Shown piece by piece: positions 9,795-20,351 of a stretch of 64,000 bases of DNA. A model generated the notes under the pieces. It was not told where the DNA came from. It did no database searches and was given only the letters and a program-made list of their open reading frames with translations. This stretch comes from Thecamonas trahens ATCC 50062 (taxonomy: Eukaryota > Protista > Apusomonadida), in NCBI RefSeq assembly GCF_000142905.1, contig NW_013657668.1, forward strand, positions 420,492 to 484,491, written 5' to 3'. The translations under genes were made by a program, and so were the position numbers. Within the stretch, counting starts at the first letter, position 1, and each line of letters starts with the position of its first letter.

Positions 9795-11369
9795 TCACTC
9801 GCTGATACCGCAAACGTCTCCAGAGGCCACCAGATCAAGTGCGTCGCGCCCGGTGCGCTCGCAGGCCGAGACCAGCGCTCGCAGGTCGGCGCCAGAGTAG
9901 CCCTCAGTTGCCAGCACCAGATCGTCGTTGGCCGCTGTGGCAGCATGGGTAAAGTGGCTCAGAATGGCAGCTCGCGACGTTGCATCCGGGAGCGGAATGT
10001 GGACCAGAGCATCGAAGCGGCCAGGTCGCAGCAGTGCCTTGTCCACCAGATCTGGACGTGAGGTTGCGCCGACCACCAGTACTGCCCCACGTGCCGACAC
10101 TCCATCCAGCTCGGTCAGAAGCTGGGTCAGCAGCCGCTCCTCAATGGCGTCTGAGGTGCCTCCAGGCTCGGCCCGCCGAGCCGCCCCAAACGCGTCCAGC
10201 TCGTCAAAGAACACCAGGCATGGCGCAGCGGCGCGCGCGGCCTCAAACACCGCCCGGATGTTAGCTTCAGTCTCACCTACGTACGGCGAGAGCACGTCTG
10301 GGAGCGAGACTTGCATCGACCGCAGCTGACCACCACCAAGCGTCTCGGCGAGGCTCGTTCCCAGCAGCGTCTTGCCCACTCCCGGGGGCCCGTGGAGGAG
10401 TATGCCGGACGCGCCGCTTAGACCGTATGCCGCTGCAAGGCTAGGGGCACTCACCTTGAGTGCCACCAGCGACTTGAGCCGCTCGCGAACTTCTGGATAC
10501 CCAACCCAGACCTGCTCAGTGCCATCAGTGGCAGCTGGCGGCGGCGGTGGCCCGCCACTTGCCTGCCCACCGCCGTGGGCCATAGCATACCGCAGCGCGT
10601 CGGCCGGCGGCGCTCCCGCGAGCTCGCTCATCAGCAATCCGGCCACAACGTCGCGCGCCGTGCCGGCATGGGTGAGGCTAGCCAGACACTCGACGTCGAC
10701 GCTGCTGTTGCTGCTGCCCGTCTTGCTTAGCCACGCCGCGAGCTGCGTCTTGCGTGCGGCCATTGTCGGCGCCTGCATCCGCACTTGCTGGCCGACGCTT
10801 GCGGCACAGCGGTCGACCAGCAGTGCCCATCGTGGCACGTCGCTGGCTCCGATGACAACCAAAAGCGTTCGCGACGTCGCCGCGTCGGCCACCGCGTCGA
10901 GTAGTGCACCCGCCAGCCTGTTTGTGTATGGCGTGTCGACCACAAGCTCGTGGGCGTCGTCGATGATGACAACTCGGGCAAAGGCACCAGCGAGCCACGG
11001 CTCGCCCGCCCTGCACTCGGCCTTGCCAACGCACTCGGGAGAGGCTACAGCCTTCTCCACAACTCCGGCATCGGCCCGCTTGACCAGTGCCTCCAGCACC
11101 AGATCTTGACCGGAGACCTGAACAACCCGCTGCTCAGCGCTGCACCCGCACGCCGCTTTGGGACACGCCTCTGTCCAGGCTGCTGTGAGCCGGCCTGCTA
11201 GCGTTGTCTTGCCGGTTCCGGCCGGGCCGAGGACAAAGATCGACGGCGCGAGGCTGACCAGAGCCGCCACGCCGGTTCGGGCACCCCTAGCGCTCTCTGC
11301 CATGGCGGCAAGTCGCGCCACAGCAGCATTAACCTCCGCCTGCGGACCATCCATTGTGCCGCTGTTCAT
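9795..11369 (-). CDS. CDC48/SPATA5-family AAA+ ATPase, degenerate D1 and intact D2
   Basis: D1: GPAGTGKTT and VIIDDAH. D2: GPPGVGKT, YVGETE, VFFDELD, ATSRPDLVDKALLRPGRFD. Confidence 0.85.
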   Translation of the reverse strand: MNSGTMDGPQAEVNAAVARLAAMAESARGARTGVAALVSLAPSIFVLGPAGTGKTTLAGRLTAAWTEACPKAACGCSAEQRVVQVSGQDLVLEALVKRADAGVVEKAVASPECVGKAECRAGEPWLAGAFARVVIIDDAHELVVDTPYTNRLAGALLDAVADAATSRTLLVVIGASDVPRWALLVDRCAASVGQQVRMQAPTMAARKTQLAAWLSKTGSSNSSVDVECLASLTHAGTARDVVAGLLMSELAGAPPADALRYAMAHGGGQASGGPPPPPAATDGTEQVWVGYPEVRERLKSLVALKVSAPSLAAAYGLSGASGILLHGPPGVGKTLLGTSLAETLGGGQLRSMQVSLPDVLSPYVGETEANIRAVFEAARAAAPCLVFFDELDAFGAARRAEPGGTSDAIEERLLTQLLTELDGVSARGAVLVVGATSRPDLVDKALLRPGRFDALVHIPLPDATSRAAILSHFTHAATAANDDLVLATEGYSGADLRALVSACERTGRDALDLVASGDVCGISE

Positions 11370-11396
11370 CTTCGTGTCGAGGGCAAGCAGATCGAG

Positions 11397-11660
11397 CTAG
11401 TGCGGCGCCTGGAGTCCGGCGAGGTTGAGCGATTTGCGGAGTGTGCGAAGCTGAGCGTATCCGCCGGCAATAAGAGCCCTCCGAGCTTCAATGTTGTCAA
11501 CAGGAGTATGCGCGTTTGCAGCAAAGGCCGATCTTGCCGATGCAATGATGTCTTTCTGCGCGTGCGGAGCAGCGCGAGCTGTACGAAGGACGGCGCGGTA
11601 AAGATTGAGCGCCTGCGAGCGGACTACAAAGTGCTCCAGAGACCAGCTTCCAGCCACCAT
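11397..11660 (-). CDS. LYRM2: LYR-motif protein, LYRM2-like
   Basis: MVAGSWSLEHFVVRSQALNLYRAVLR..ARSAFAAN..LIAGGYAQLRTLRKSLNLA matches the LYRM2 pattern (L..F..R.Q.L.LYR..L). Confidence 0.8.
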   Translation of the reverse strand: MVAGSWSLEHFVVRSQALNLYRAVLRTARAAPHAQKDIIASARSAFAANAHTPVDNIEARRALIAGGYAQLRTLRKSLNLAGLQAPH

Positions 11661-12041
11661 ACAGCGACGACCACACGTAGTAACCGTCCACAAGAACACA
11701 GAACGCGCACAGAGGTATAAGGACACGAAAAGTGTGTCAAGATGTGAGCAGGAGATGTGGTGAGCCAATGACCCGTGACGCCTCCCCCCTCCCCTCCCCC
11801 TCCCATCCCCATCCCCCCTCCCTCCTTTCCTCCGTCATCCGTGGCTGACTTGGATCCGATCCGATCCCATCACACACTCTGCTGCCTCAGCCGAGCCTGC
11901 CACGAGGGAAACACGGATGGGCATGGGCATGGGCTTGAGACGTGTGGTTGGGTTGGAGTACGCACACTCGTCTTGCAACACAGAGTGAGTATTGCCTAGT
12001 GGGCTGAGGGCAAGGATTGGTTAGAGGGAGTTGCTGTGGCT

Positions 12042-13445
12042 ATGTTGGGGCGTATGGTTCGGTCTTCGCTTGGTCGGTGGAGGACGTTGTCGCGCAAGCA
12101 GCTGTGGCTGGCGTCATGGTGGCGAGGGACGGGCATGGGGATCGGCAATGAGCGGAAGGCATCGAGCATGGCTGCAGGCATTGTAGATGCTCTAGATGGA
12201 GAGGCACGGCGTGCGGTGGAGGCTGCGCATCGGGATCTGCTGGAAGTCCAAGCGGCCGAGTCTCGGATGACGGGCAAGCGGGTGGCCTTGGCGGTGTCGG
12301 GCGGTGTCGACTCGGCGGTGGCGGCGCTCATCTTGGCTTCGATGCCTGTGGCGTCTGGGACGGGTAAGCTGGTTCCTGTCCATATGGCCAACTGGGATCC
12401 GGCGGACGACGAGCTGGGGCGGTTCTGCACTGTTGACGCAGATCGTCGCGATGCCAAGGGCGTGGTTGAGGCGCTTGGTCTGCCGCCGCTGGTTGCTGTC
12501 GATCTGGCAACCGAGTACTGGAACGAGGTCTTCCAGCCGACGCTTGATGGCTATGCCGCCGGCGAGACGCCGAACCCTGACATGGCATGTAACTCTGCGA
12601 TCAAGTTTGGCGCGCTGGTCGAGACGCTCCGCCACCGACTGGAGGGTGACGATGTGGTGGTGGCTACCGGCCACTACGCGTCCTCGTCGCGCCTTGCGCC
12701 GGATGGCTTGTGCTTCCTCGCCGAGGCCAATGATACAACCAAGGACCAGACGTACTTTCTGGCCCGGACGCGCCCAGAGCAGATTCACGGACCAGAGGGT
12801 GATGCCCTCTTTCCGCTGGCAGCCCTGCACAAGACCCAAGTCCGGGCAATCGCCGCCAGCGTGGCGTCGCTGGCACACGTGGCCGCCAAGCGCGAGTCGA
12901 TGGGCATCTGCTTTGTAGGCAAGCGCAAGTTTGGCCAGTTTCTGCAGCAGTACGTGCCCGACGCACCCGGCGAGTTCCGCGATCTGACCACCGGCACCGT
13001 TCTTGGCCGCCATGCTGGCGTTCACACCTTGACCATCGGCCAGCGGGCCCGACTTGGCGGCTTGCCGAGGCCGATGTACCTTGCTCGCAAAGACGTAGAG
13101 GCGCGCATCCTGTATTTGGTCGACGAGAGAGAGCATCCCCTGCTCATGTCGTCGTCGCTTCAGCTCGATCATGTTCTTGATCTCGCGCCGGACCATCCCG
13201 ATTGGGTCGCGGCTTTCGACGTCGGCGCCGAGCTCTGGCTCCGCACCCGCCACCTCGATCCGCTCACACCGTGTAGCATTGCCGGAACTCTGTCCGACTC
13301 CAAGCTGGCGTTGTCGTGTCGCACACCTGTTCGTGCACTTGCTCCGGGCCAAGTCGGCGCCCTCTATGGTCCCGCTGACGAGTCCACAGGACGTCGACCC
13401 CTTCTTGCATCCGGCATCATCGGCACCCCGTCAACACCAAGCTGA
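12042..13445 (+). CDS. TRMU: Mitochondrial tRNA-specific 2-thiouridylase (MnmA/TRMU)
   Basis: SGGVDS PP-loop, TPNPDMACNSAIKFG, ATGHY, KDQTYFL, ESMGICFVG, TIGQR, LAPGQ; Arg-rich mitochondrial-type presequence. Confidence 0.95.
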   Translation: MLGRMVRSSLGRWRTLSRKQLWLASWWRGTGMGIGNERKASSMAAGIVDALDGEARRAVEAAHRDLLEVQAAESRMTGKRVALAVSGGVDSAVAALILASMPVASGTGKLVPVHMANWDPADDELGRFCTVDADRRDAKGVVEALGLPPLVAVDLATEYWNEVFQPTLDGYAAGETPNPDMACNSAIKFGALVETLRHRLEGDDVVVATGHYASSSRLAPDGLCFLAEANDTTKDQTYFLARTRPEQIHGPEGDALFPLAALHKTQVRAIAASVASLAHVAAKRESMGICFVGKRKFGQFLQQYVPDAPGEFRDLTTGTVLGRHAGVHTLTIGQRARLGGLPRPMYLARKDVEARILYLVDEREHPLLMSSSLQLDHVLDLAPDHPDWVAAFDVGAELWLRTRHLDPLTPCSIAGTLSDSKLALSCRTPVRALAPGQVGALYGPADESTGRRPLLASGIIGTPSTPS

Positions 13446-13629
13446 TCACCCCCCTTCGTCGGCGTGCACGACGGTGGTGACCTCACGCGATGAGCCATCG
13501 TAGAGGCCAGAGCATACGACGGAGAGAATAGTAGCAGCAGCATCATGGTCAATCAACGGGCGAGTCTGTGGCCAGGGAAGTGGCCTAGAATGGGCCTGGA
13601 CTCTGATCAGACCAGCCAGTTGCAGGCGA

Positions 13630-15003
13630 ATGAATGTGTGGCATCAGCGCGTGTGGCTCGAGAGCCTACACCAGGGGATCGACCACCTGACGCCGACCAT
13701 GCTGGGCGTGTCGCCTATGACGCGCAAGCCACTCGTGGCGGTGTGTATTCTGGCTGTGGTCTCTGCCCTCTCGACCTCATACATGGTCTCGTCGCCATCT
13801 TCAAGTGCCACCGCAAGCGGAAGTCATGGCCATGGCCCGGGCCTGGCACGGCCCGAGCACGAGTTGGCGCTTTGCAAGGCGCAGCTGGTGGCGGCAGCAG
13901 AGGCATTGGCGGCAGCAGAGACAGCTGGCACAGACAAAGTAACGGGTTCGATAGGTGGAACACTCGGTGGAGTTGGCCCGGATGTCATTGCAGACATCGA
14001 CGCAACGTACTTGGAGCATGGCCGCCAGTTCCGGACTGAGCCTGCCAGTCTCGTGCCGGCCAGGCCGGACGACTACCCAAAGATCTCGCTCGTGCTGCAA
14101 TACTTTAAGCATCCGGAGAACGTGGAGGGCATTGTGGCACCATTGGCAAGCTGCCGTGACCAGCTGCCGTTTGGCATTGAGCTTCTGGCCAACGTCGACT
14201 CGCAGGACGACGACGATGTCGAGGCGTGGCGGGCGGTGGCCTCCGAGTGGGTTGTTCCGGTCTGGTCGGGCAACATTCACGAGATCCGCGGCTACAATCG
14301 GCTGGGCCATATGGCACGTGGTGAGATTGTGGTATTTCTGCAGGACGACGACATCCCACCGAGCTCGTGCCGCTGGCTGGTGGATCTGGACTCTGTCTAC
14401 AACGCCTTTCCGTCGCTCGCCGTTGTCGGGCTCAAGAAAGGCGTGTATCGAGTGGATCACAAGCGGTGGGCCGCCTCGCGCATTCACTTTCGCACGCCAT
14501 GGCTCTCGCCGTGGGAGCCTGAAGCCAGCGAGGCCGAGCCCGATCTGGCTGCGTTGGACGACAAGACCGACAAGAAGTTCATCCACTTTCAGTTTATGCT
14601 CTGGGTTGACTACGCGCCGTTTGCCATTTCAAAGACAGCCTTTGAGCGGCTGGGCGGCGTGGACGAGACGTACTCGCCACCGGGTGAGTCGGGCATCTTC
14701 TCGGACGTTGACCTTTGCTATCGGGCATGGCAATCGGGCTGGCGGGTTGGCCATATGGATGGCGGGTGGGGGCGGCGCAAAGGCGCAGCATGGACCACCG
14801 ACACGGTGGCCGGCAGAGAATCGCGACGCAAGTCCGAACTCGCTAACCTGCCGCGGCTCGAGGCTACGCACTACAATCGTTACGTTCTCGACATGCTCAG
14901 CGACCTCATCCAGACGCTCAACGACGAGATTCTGGTGCCGATCCGACCAGGCGGCTGGTTCCGCGACGACTTTATGTTTCATGGTGAGCACCTGCCGCAG
15001 TAG
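13630..15003 (+). CDS. GT-A fold (family 2-like) glycosyltransferase, type II membrane protein
   Basis: N-terminal TM (LVAVCILAVVSAL), GYNRLGHMARGEIVVFLQDDD (DxD), FERLGGVDE, DVDLCYRAWQSGW. Start may instead be 13699 or 13717. Confidence 0.85.
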   Translation: MNVWHQRVWLESLHQGIDHLTPTMLGVSPMTRKPLVAVCILAVVSALSTSYMVSSPSSSATASGSHGHGPGLARPEHELALCKAQLVAAAEALAAAETAGTDKVTGSIGGTLGGVGPDVIADIDATYLEHGRQFRTEPASLVPARPDDYPKISLVLQYFKHPENVEGIVAPLASCRDQLPFGIELLANVDSQDDDDVEAWRAVASEWVVPVWSGNIHEIRGYNRLGHMARGEIVVFLQDDDIPPSSCRWLVDLDSVYNAFPSLAVVGLKKGVYRVDHKRWAASRIHFRTPWLSPWEPEASEAEPDLAALDDKTDKKFIHFQFMLWVDYAPFAISKTAFERLGGVDETYSPPGESGIFSDVDLCYRAWQSGWRVGHMDGGWGRRKGAAWTTDTVAGRESRRKSELANLPRLEATHYNRYVLDMLSDLIQTLNDEILVPIRPGGWFRDDFMFHGEHLPQ

Positions 15004-15023
15004 CGTGGCGGCTGGTGCCTGTG

Positions 15024-17992
15024 TCACGGTTCAGGCACATCGCAGACAGAGCATGACGACATGTCAGCCAGGATGGACGAGCACGACGAGGACGGCGACG
15101 ATGACGACGGTGAGCGGCCTGTGCCGACTCCAGCAGCTGAGGCTTCCGCATGTGGCGTGGCAATCATGACGTCTGGGTCCGAGAGGATCGAGTCGGACGA
15201 TGAGTCGTCCTTGGGCGTTGCTCGGAACGGCTGCGGTTGTGGCAGCTGCGTTGGCGGCAGCCGCGGCGGATTGGTCTGCTGCGGCGTGACACGGACCTGT
15301 AGGGAGAGCGAGTTGGAGAGAGCAGCTGACGACGACGAGTTGCTCAGCGCCTCGGCTGCGCCAGTGATGGCGGGCTCTTGCTGTGGCGGTGGGGGAACCA
15401 CGATGGTGATGCCGGGCCTGACTGTGGCGTCGCGGGCGTTGCCAGAGTGGCCGAGATACAGCGTCTTGTCCCTGAGGATGTAAAACTTGACGAGGGCTAT
15501 GAGCGGCGCTGCGGCGAGGAGCCAGGCGGCGTAGACAATCATGGCAACGATGAACACGTTTTGGGCCCGCGGCGCTAAGTTTGCGCTTTCGACAAGGACC
15601 GGCGTGGAGGAAAAGAGCACGTTGAGTACAAAGAGAACGACGGCGAAGCCGGCGGCGGCCATCTCGGCCAAGCCAGCCACGTAGACGAGTGACTTGCCTG
15701 ACGGCGGCATGCGGATGGCCTGGGCCAGAATCGCTTGAAACCCGGCCATGACGGGAACACCGGTAGCGAGAGCAAAGATCGCCACACCCCAGGTTCCGGC
15801 ATGACGGCTAAACATGGCGTGGATAAGGTGCGACCACATGTAGCCGACGTTGAGAGAGGCGCCAAGGCTGATGGTCCGCGATACAGTTGAGAACGGATCG
15901 GTAGAGTAGACAGTGTAGATACCAATGAGGGGGTGCTCATGCACAACTTTTTCCATGACCGATGATGAGATCCAAACATGAGCGCCCGAACCGCCCCAGA
16001 CCCAGTGCGAGCAGCGGATGCGCCAGAGAGCAAGCGCAGTGATGCACAGCATGGCGATGACAAAGTAGACTCCGAGGAGCAGCGGCGCGGCCGCCGACGT
16101 CGCTCCGATGCCGCTCATGACCGACTCGCTTCGAGTCTGGGAGCTGACTAAGCCTGAGCGGTGCGAATACCGCACCATGGCGAGGTAGGTAAAACCATCA
16201 GCAGGCGCGTTGGCGATCTTGACATCAAGGCTCGCGTCATGCCCGAGCTCGTTGTCAAGGCGGGGGACAAGGCAGAAGGCAAGGTCGGCGGCGATGACAT
16301 GAAGCTCGGCACATCTGACCGTGAACGGTGCGGCTAGACCAGCACGCACACTAGGCTCGGCATCGGCCGGCGGAGTGTAGCTGAGCCAGACTGCAAGCGA
16401 CGGCCCGAACCCAGATCCATGAACGTAGAGCATGGTCTCGGCCGCTGCTGGCAGCACGGCCGGCTCGATGAAGGCCAGCTGAGGCCACGGCTCCCGGGCA
16501 AGGGTGAGCGTGGCGCAGAGCCACTCGATATCATAGTTCGATGGACAGTAGGCTTTGCCGAGAAAGCCTGGGGCCGAGATGCTGGCATACGGCTGGCAGG
16601 CTATTGAGACCGAAGCAATCTGAACGACGAGAATGGTGAACGAGCCGTTGCGCTGGCAATGCATGGGGTAGCAGGCCGCTCCGTGGGCTGGCCAGGACGA
16701 GCCGGGCTGCGCAATGGAGCTACCAAGACAGCGTGACGAGGGCGAGAATCGCTCACCATGGTTGCTTGCAGTGCGCGCATGCTCGAGCGTCGGAGTCACG
16801 CACGAGCTCTCGCCGAGCGGGACTGCGAGCGGACAGTAGTCAGGAAGAGGGTCCGAGCCGCCACGACGCGGGTCAGGCAGATGCGAGTAGCCCGGCGGCA
16901 GCGGATCAAGAAAAGAAACCACATCACAGGCGCCAAGCGCGTCCCACGCTGGTGCGCATCGCCGACTTCCGGGCTTGACGCAGAGGTAGGTTCGCCAGGC
17001 ACGATTGTTCGGACTACAGTCGCCTGCAACAAAGGCGCAGCCGCGACGGGCACCCCAAGCAAGCAACGGCGGAGCAGGTGCGCCTTCTGCGAGCGCATAC
17101 CACCCCAAGTCTTGGAGGAGGGCAATGGTAAACGGCGAGACCACAGGCGCGTCTGATGCTGACGCCTGGACTGGCGCGGCCGAGAGGGCAGGCCAGAGCG
17201 CAGAGCGCGAGGCGTTGTAGAGCGTTGGAGCCATAAGTGCGTGGCGGCCGACAAGGCGAGCCTCCCAGTGCAAGTCAGCAACATCGTTCCCTCCACCGTC
17301 TTCAAGCTCGAGGCCGCCGAGGCTTTGGCAGTCGTAGTGTTCGCGAGCAGCGGCGGCAACGCGCGGCGAGACGATAACTGAGCGATTGCGGAAGGCGACG
17401 AGCTGCCACGAGGTGATCGGGTCGAGGGCGGCCGGATAAAAAGCAAGTACATGCATGGCTTCGCGCCAGAGCGTGTTGCGGAGGGCGAGCGGGGCGAGAG
17501 CTGCTGCCGCTTCGGGCCGGTAGACCAGAGCGCCAGCAATTGGCCGACGAGACGCGGATCAAAGCCGCACGGAGCGGCCAGGGCGACGCGATTCGGCGGC
17601 AGATCCGAGGTGGCGGCAACAAGCACTACCACCGATGCGTCTGACGGCAGCGGAGCAGCAAAGGCGGAGGTCTCATTTGCAGCAAGCCGACCGCATCGGG
17701 AGCCGGCGAGAGCCGAGGTGTTGACCGGCAACGGCGCCGTCGTCAACGACGGATGTAGTCTCCATGAAGCAGCGATGACGTCGGCGACGTCAGTAAGAGC
17801 TTCAGCAAGGAAAGAAGGAAGCGATGATGGCAAGTCGGACACAAAGTGGAGGACTAGTGGTCGGGCGGCGGCGTCTGCGGCAAGTGCGGGCGTGGCGGGT
17901 GTTCGTTGGACGGGCGGGGCGGAGGCGGCGGCAATGGCGAGGACGACGGTGAGGACAATGGCTAAGTGTGAGAGATGTAGTACGCTGCACAT
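15024..17992 (-). CDS. Leishmanolysin/GP63 (peptidase M8)-like ectodomain + IPT/TIG + multipass membrane region; one frameshift near 17553
   Basis: Signal peptide in ORF 16796..17992 joins ORF 15024..17456 at CGFDP-[cg]-SRRPIAG. M8 motifs: REAMHVLAF, ELEDGGG..HWEARL, ALMAP, SPFTIALLQDLGWY, WGARRGC.F, DYCP. IPT-like FIEPAVLP..LYVHGSGFG. About five TM helices. Confidence 0.85.
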
Positions 17993-18230
17993 GGTGAGGG
18001 CTGTGGCAATGGTGACGGTGGTGGGGGGCGGAGGAGAAGGTGTGGGGAGAGGTGGACATGAGATAGGCTAGTTGCGGCTCCGGCTTGGAGCGCCGCTCCC
18101 GCCCCCCTGAGCTGCACTCGTGGCGTCACCGCTGTTTATTGGGCCAGTGGGAACAGGCGATGGAAGGTATGTATGGTGCCGTTGAGGGGGATAGGCAGAG
18201 ACAAGACACGAGGCGCGAGTGGAGAGGTTG

Positions 18231-19760
18231 CTACTCGACGTCGTAGTACATGGTGACCTCGCCATCGGAGAGATAGGAGAGAGCATTGGAACGGGCCGAG
18301 GGATTGCGGGAGCGATCACGGATGCCGGAGGAGGCCGGAGAGTGCGGGACGGCGGCCGGATCGATGTAGTCAGAAAAGGAGCCGTCCGAGTCGCGGGAGG
18401 CCGGCCTGGCGTCACCGAGATTGAGGCCCGGCCCGCGAGTGATCCAGCGGGTGACGGAGCGAGTGGCGGAGCGGGCAGCGGCGGGCGAGGCCCGCGCGCG
18501 GAGCGAGCGAACTGAACTCCAAATGGAGGAGACGGAGGACTGTGAGCTTGCGCGCGATGAGGGATGGTCGTCGGCCGCGGCGGCCGCGGCGGCCGAGTCT
18601 GTGGAAAAGTCAAGGACGGAGAGGCGCATGAACTTTGCCGGCGTTCGTGACGACGACGGGGCCGAGGGCGCGGAGCCTTGTTGAGAGGCAAACACGATGG
18701 GGTTTGCAGACTCGCGCGGGGTCCAGTCTGGGCGGGGCGTGCCGGCAAACTCGCCGTTGGAGCCGACGAGGTCCTCATCGGCGTAGCGGCGCATGACCAG
18801 ACCGAGCGGCATCGCCGACGGCGAGACGCAGCCGCGACCATGGGCCGGCTCGGGCCTGCGCTTGGGCTTGCGACGGAGGATGGCAGTGACCTCGGCCTCG
18901 AGCTGCGAGGTGAGGGCGTGGCCGTCCGGGCTCTCGTCCACAGCGGACGAGGCAAGCCCGGAGGCGGCCGGAGTGGCGAGTGCGTTAGCATCGGCCTGGA
19001 CCTCGTAGCTCGCCTCTTCGGCAAGAAAGGCGTTGAGGTCAAAGGCGCAGTGCATGGTGCCGCCGTGCGAGTCTGCGAGCTGATCGGAATCAAAGTACTC
19101 GCGGAGCTCGGCGCCGTAGTCAGAGCCAGTAAAGACGACCTTGGACTTTGTGTTTGCGTCGAGGAACGGCGAGATGACGCGCCAAGCGCCCTTGAACAGC
19201 CACGGAGTGTTGATCATAAAGGCACGGCCAAGGCGCTCGGGGTAGTAGTTCTGGATGATCTGGAGGACTTCCTGGGTCATCTTGTTGTCCATGTTGGCGT
19301 AGCCCCAGCCCGAGTAATCCATAAGGATGGTGCACTTGTCGACGCCGTACGCAGCCATGCGCTTCTCCATCAGCTCGAGCATCCACACCACGGCGGCGAC
19401 GACGTTCTCTAGCGGCGACTCGGCCGGATTGTGGCGGCCGGCAAAGATGAGGAACGACGGCTGGCCCGACTTGGTCTGGCCCATGGCCACAAACTTGTCC
19501 ATCTGCAGCTCGGAGCGGACCCTGCCTTCGCAGCGGAGGTCCTGCGGACGAAAGGCGACCCGCCATCTTGCACACTCAATGACCATGCTTGCCGCGGCCT
19601 CCACATCGCACTTGCGCGCTCGCAGGAAGCGGACCAACGTCTCATCCTGCAGCAGATAGGCCGTCGACGACGTGGCTCCGTGCGCCCCGTCCTCTAGCGA
19701 CTCGAGCACTCCCGTCACTCTCTCCCGTAGCTCCAACACCAGCCGGTCAGACACCTCCAT
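18231..19760 (-). CDS. Sec14/CRAL-TRIO lipid-binding protein with Ser-rich tail
   Basis: DETLVRFLRARKCDVEAA..WR, IIQNYYPERLGRAFMINTPWLF..W..ISPFLDANTKSKV, DQL..SHGG. Confidence 0.95.
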   Translation of the reverse strand: MEVSDRLVLELRERVTGVLESLEDGAHGATSSTAYLLQDETLVRFLRARKCDVEAAASMVIECARWRVAFRPQDLRCEGRVRSELQMDKFVAMGQTKSGQPSFLIFAGRHNPAESPLENVVAAVVWMLELMEKRMAAYGVDKCTILMDYSGWGYANMDNKMTQEVLQIIQNYYPERLGRAFMINTPWLFKGAWRVISPFLDANTKSKVVFTGSDYGAELREYFDSDQLADSHGGTMHCAFDLNAFLAEEASYEVQADANALATPAASGLASSAVDESPDGHALTSQLEAEVTAILRRKPKRRPEPAHGRGCVSPSAMPLGLVMRRYADEDLVGSNGEFAGTPRPDWTPRESANPIVFASQQGSAPSAPSSSRTPAKFMRLSVLDFSTDSAAAAAAADDHPSSRASSQSSVSSIWSSVRSLRARASPAAARSATRSVTRWITRGPGLNLGDARPASRDSDGSFSDYIDPAAVPHSPASSGIRDRSRNPSARSNALSYLSDGEVTMYYDVE

Positions 19761-20040
19761 CCCCGCTGAGCAGCTTGCCCGAGTCCCGCGGCGTCGGGAG
19801 ACGTGTGGGCTCGTGAGTGGGCCACGTCAACTCTCAGTTTGGGTGACTCGCTCCTTGCGGTGGCTGGCCACGAGTCGTCAATATCACCCACACTCGCGGG
19901 TAGCGAGATCGGGAGGTGAGAGGGACGGGATTATTGCGGCTGTGGAGAGAGGGAGGGGATTGGGAGGGGGGGAGGAGGAATCGATGTAACGGGAGGGGGG
20001 AGAAGGGGGGGGGGGAAGGGGGGGAGGAGTTTGTCGATTA

Positions 20041-20248
20041 TTGGTGGCAATCGTTGGTGGTAATCGTTGGTGGTAATCGTTGGTGGTAATCGTTGGTGGT
20101 AATCGTTGGTGGTAATCGTTGGTGGTAATCGTTGGTGGTAATCGTTGGTGGTAATCGTTGGTGGCAATCGTTGGTGGTAATCGTTGGTGGCAATCGTTGG
20201 TGGTAATCGTTGGTGGTAATCGTTGGTGGTAATCGTTGGTGGTAATCG
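20041..20248. repeat. 13-bp minisatellite (TTGGTGGTAATCG) x16
   Basis: Sixteen head-to-tail units counted; a T>C variant (TTGGTGGCAATCG) occurs in units 1, 10 and 12. Confidence 0.95.
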
Positions 20249-20351
20249 TTGGTTGGATTGGTAGGGGTGGCAGGGGAGCAAACGACAGGCGAGTCATTTG
20301 CTGCCACTCGATCAATTCTTGGCTTCAAACACCTTACTCACACACTACACC

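Noticed and set aside
20041-20248. CRISPR array, or the PPTITTNDYHQRL repeat ORFs
   Set aside because: There are no spacers, and the 13-aa periodicity in all frames is simply the translation of a 13-bp unit.
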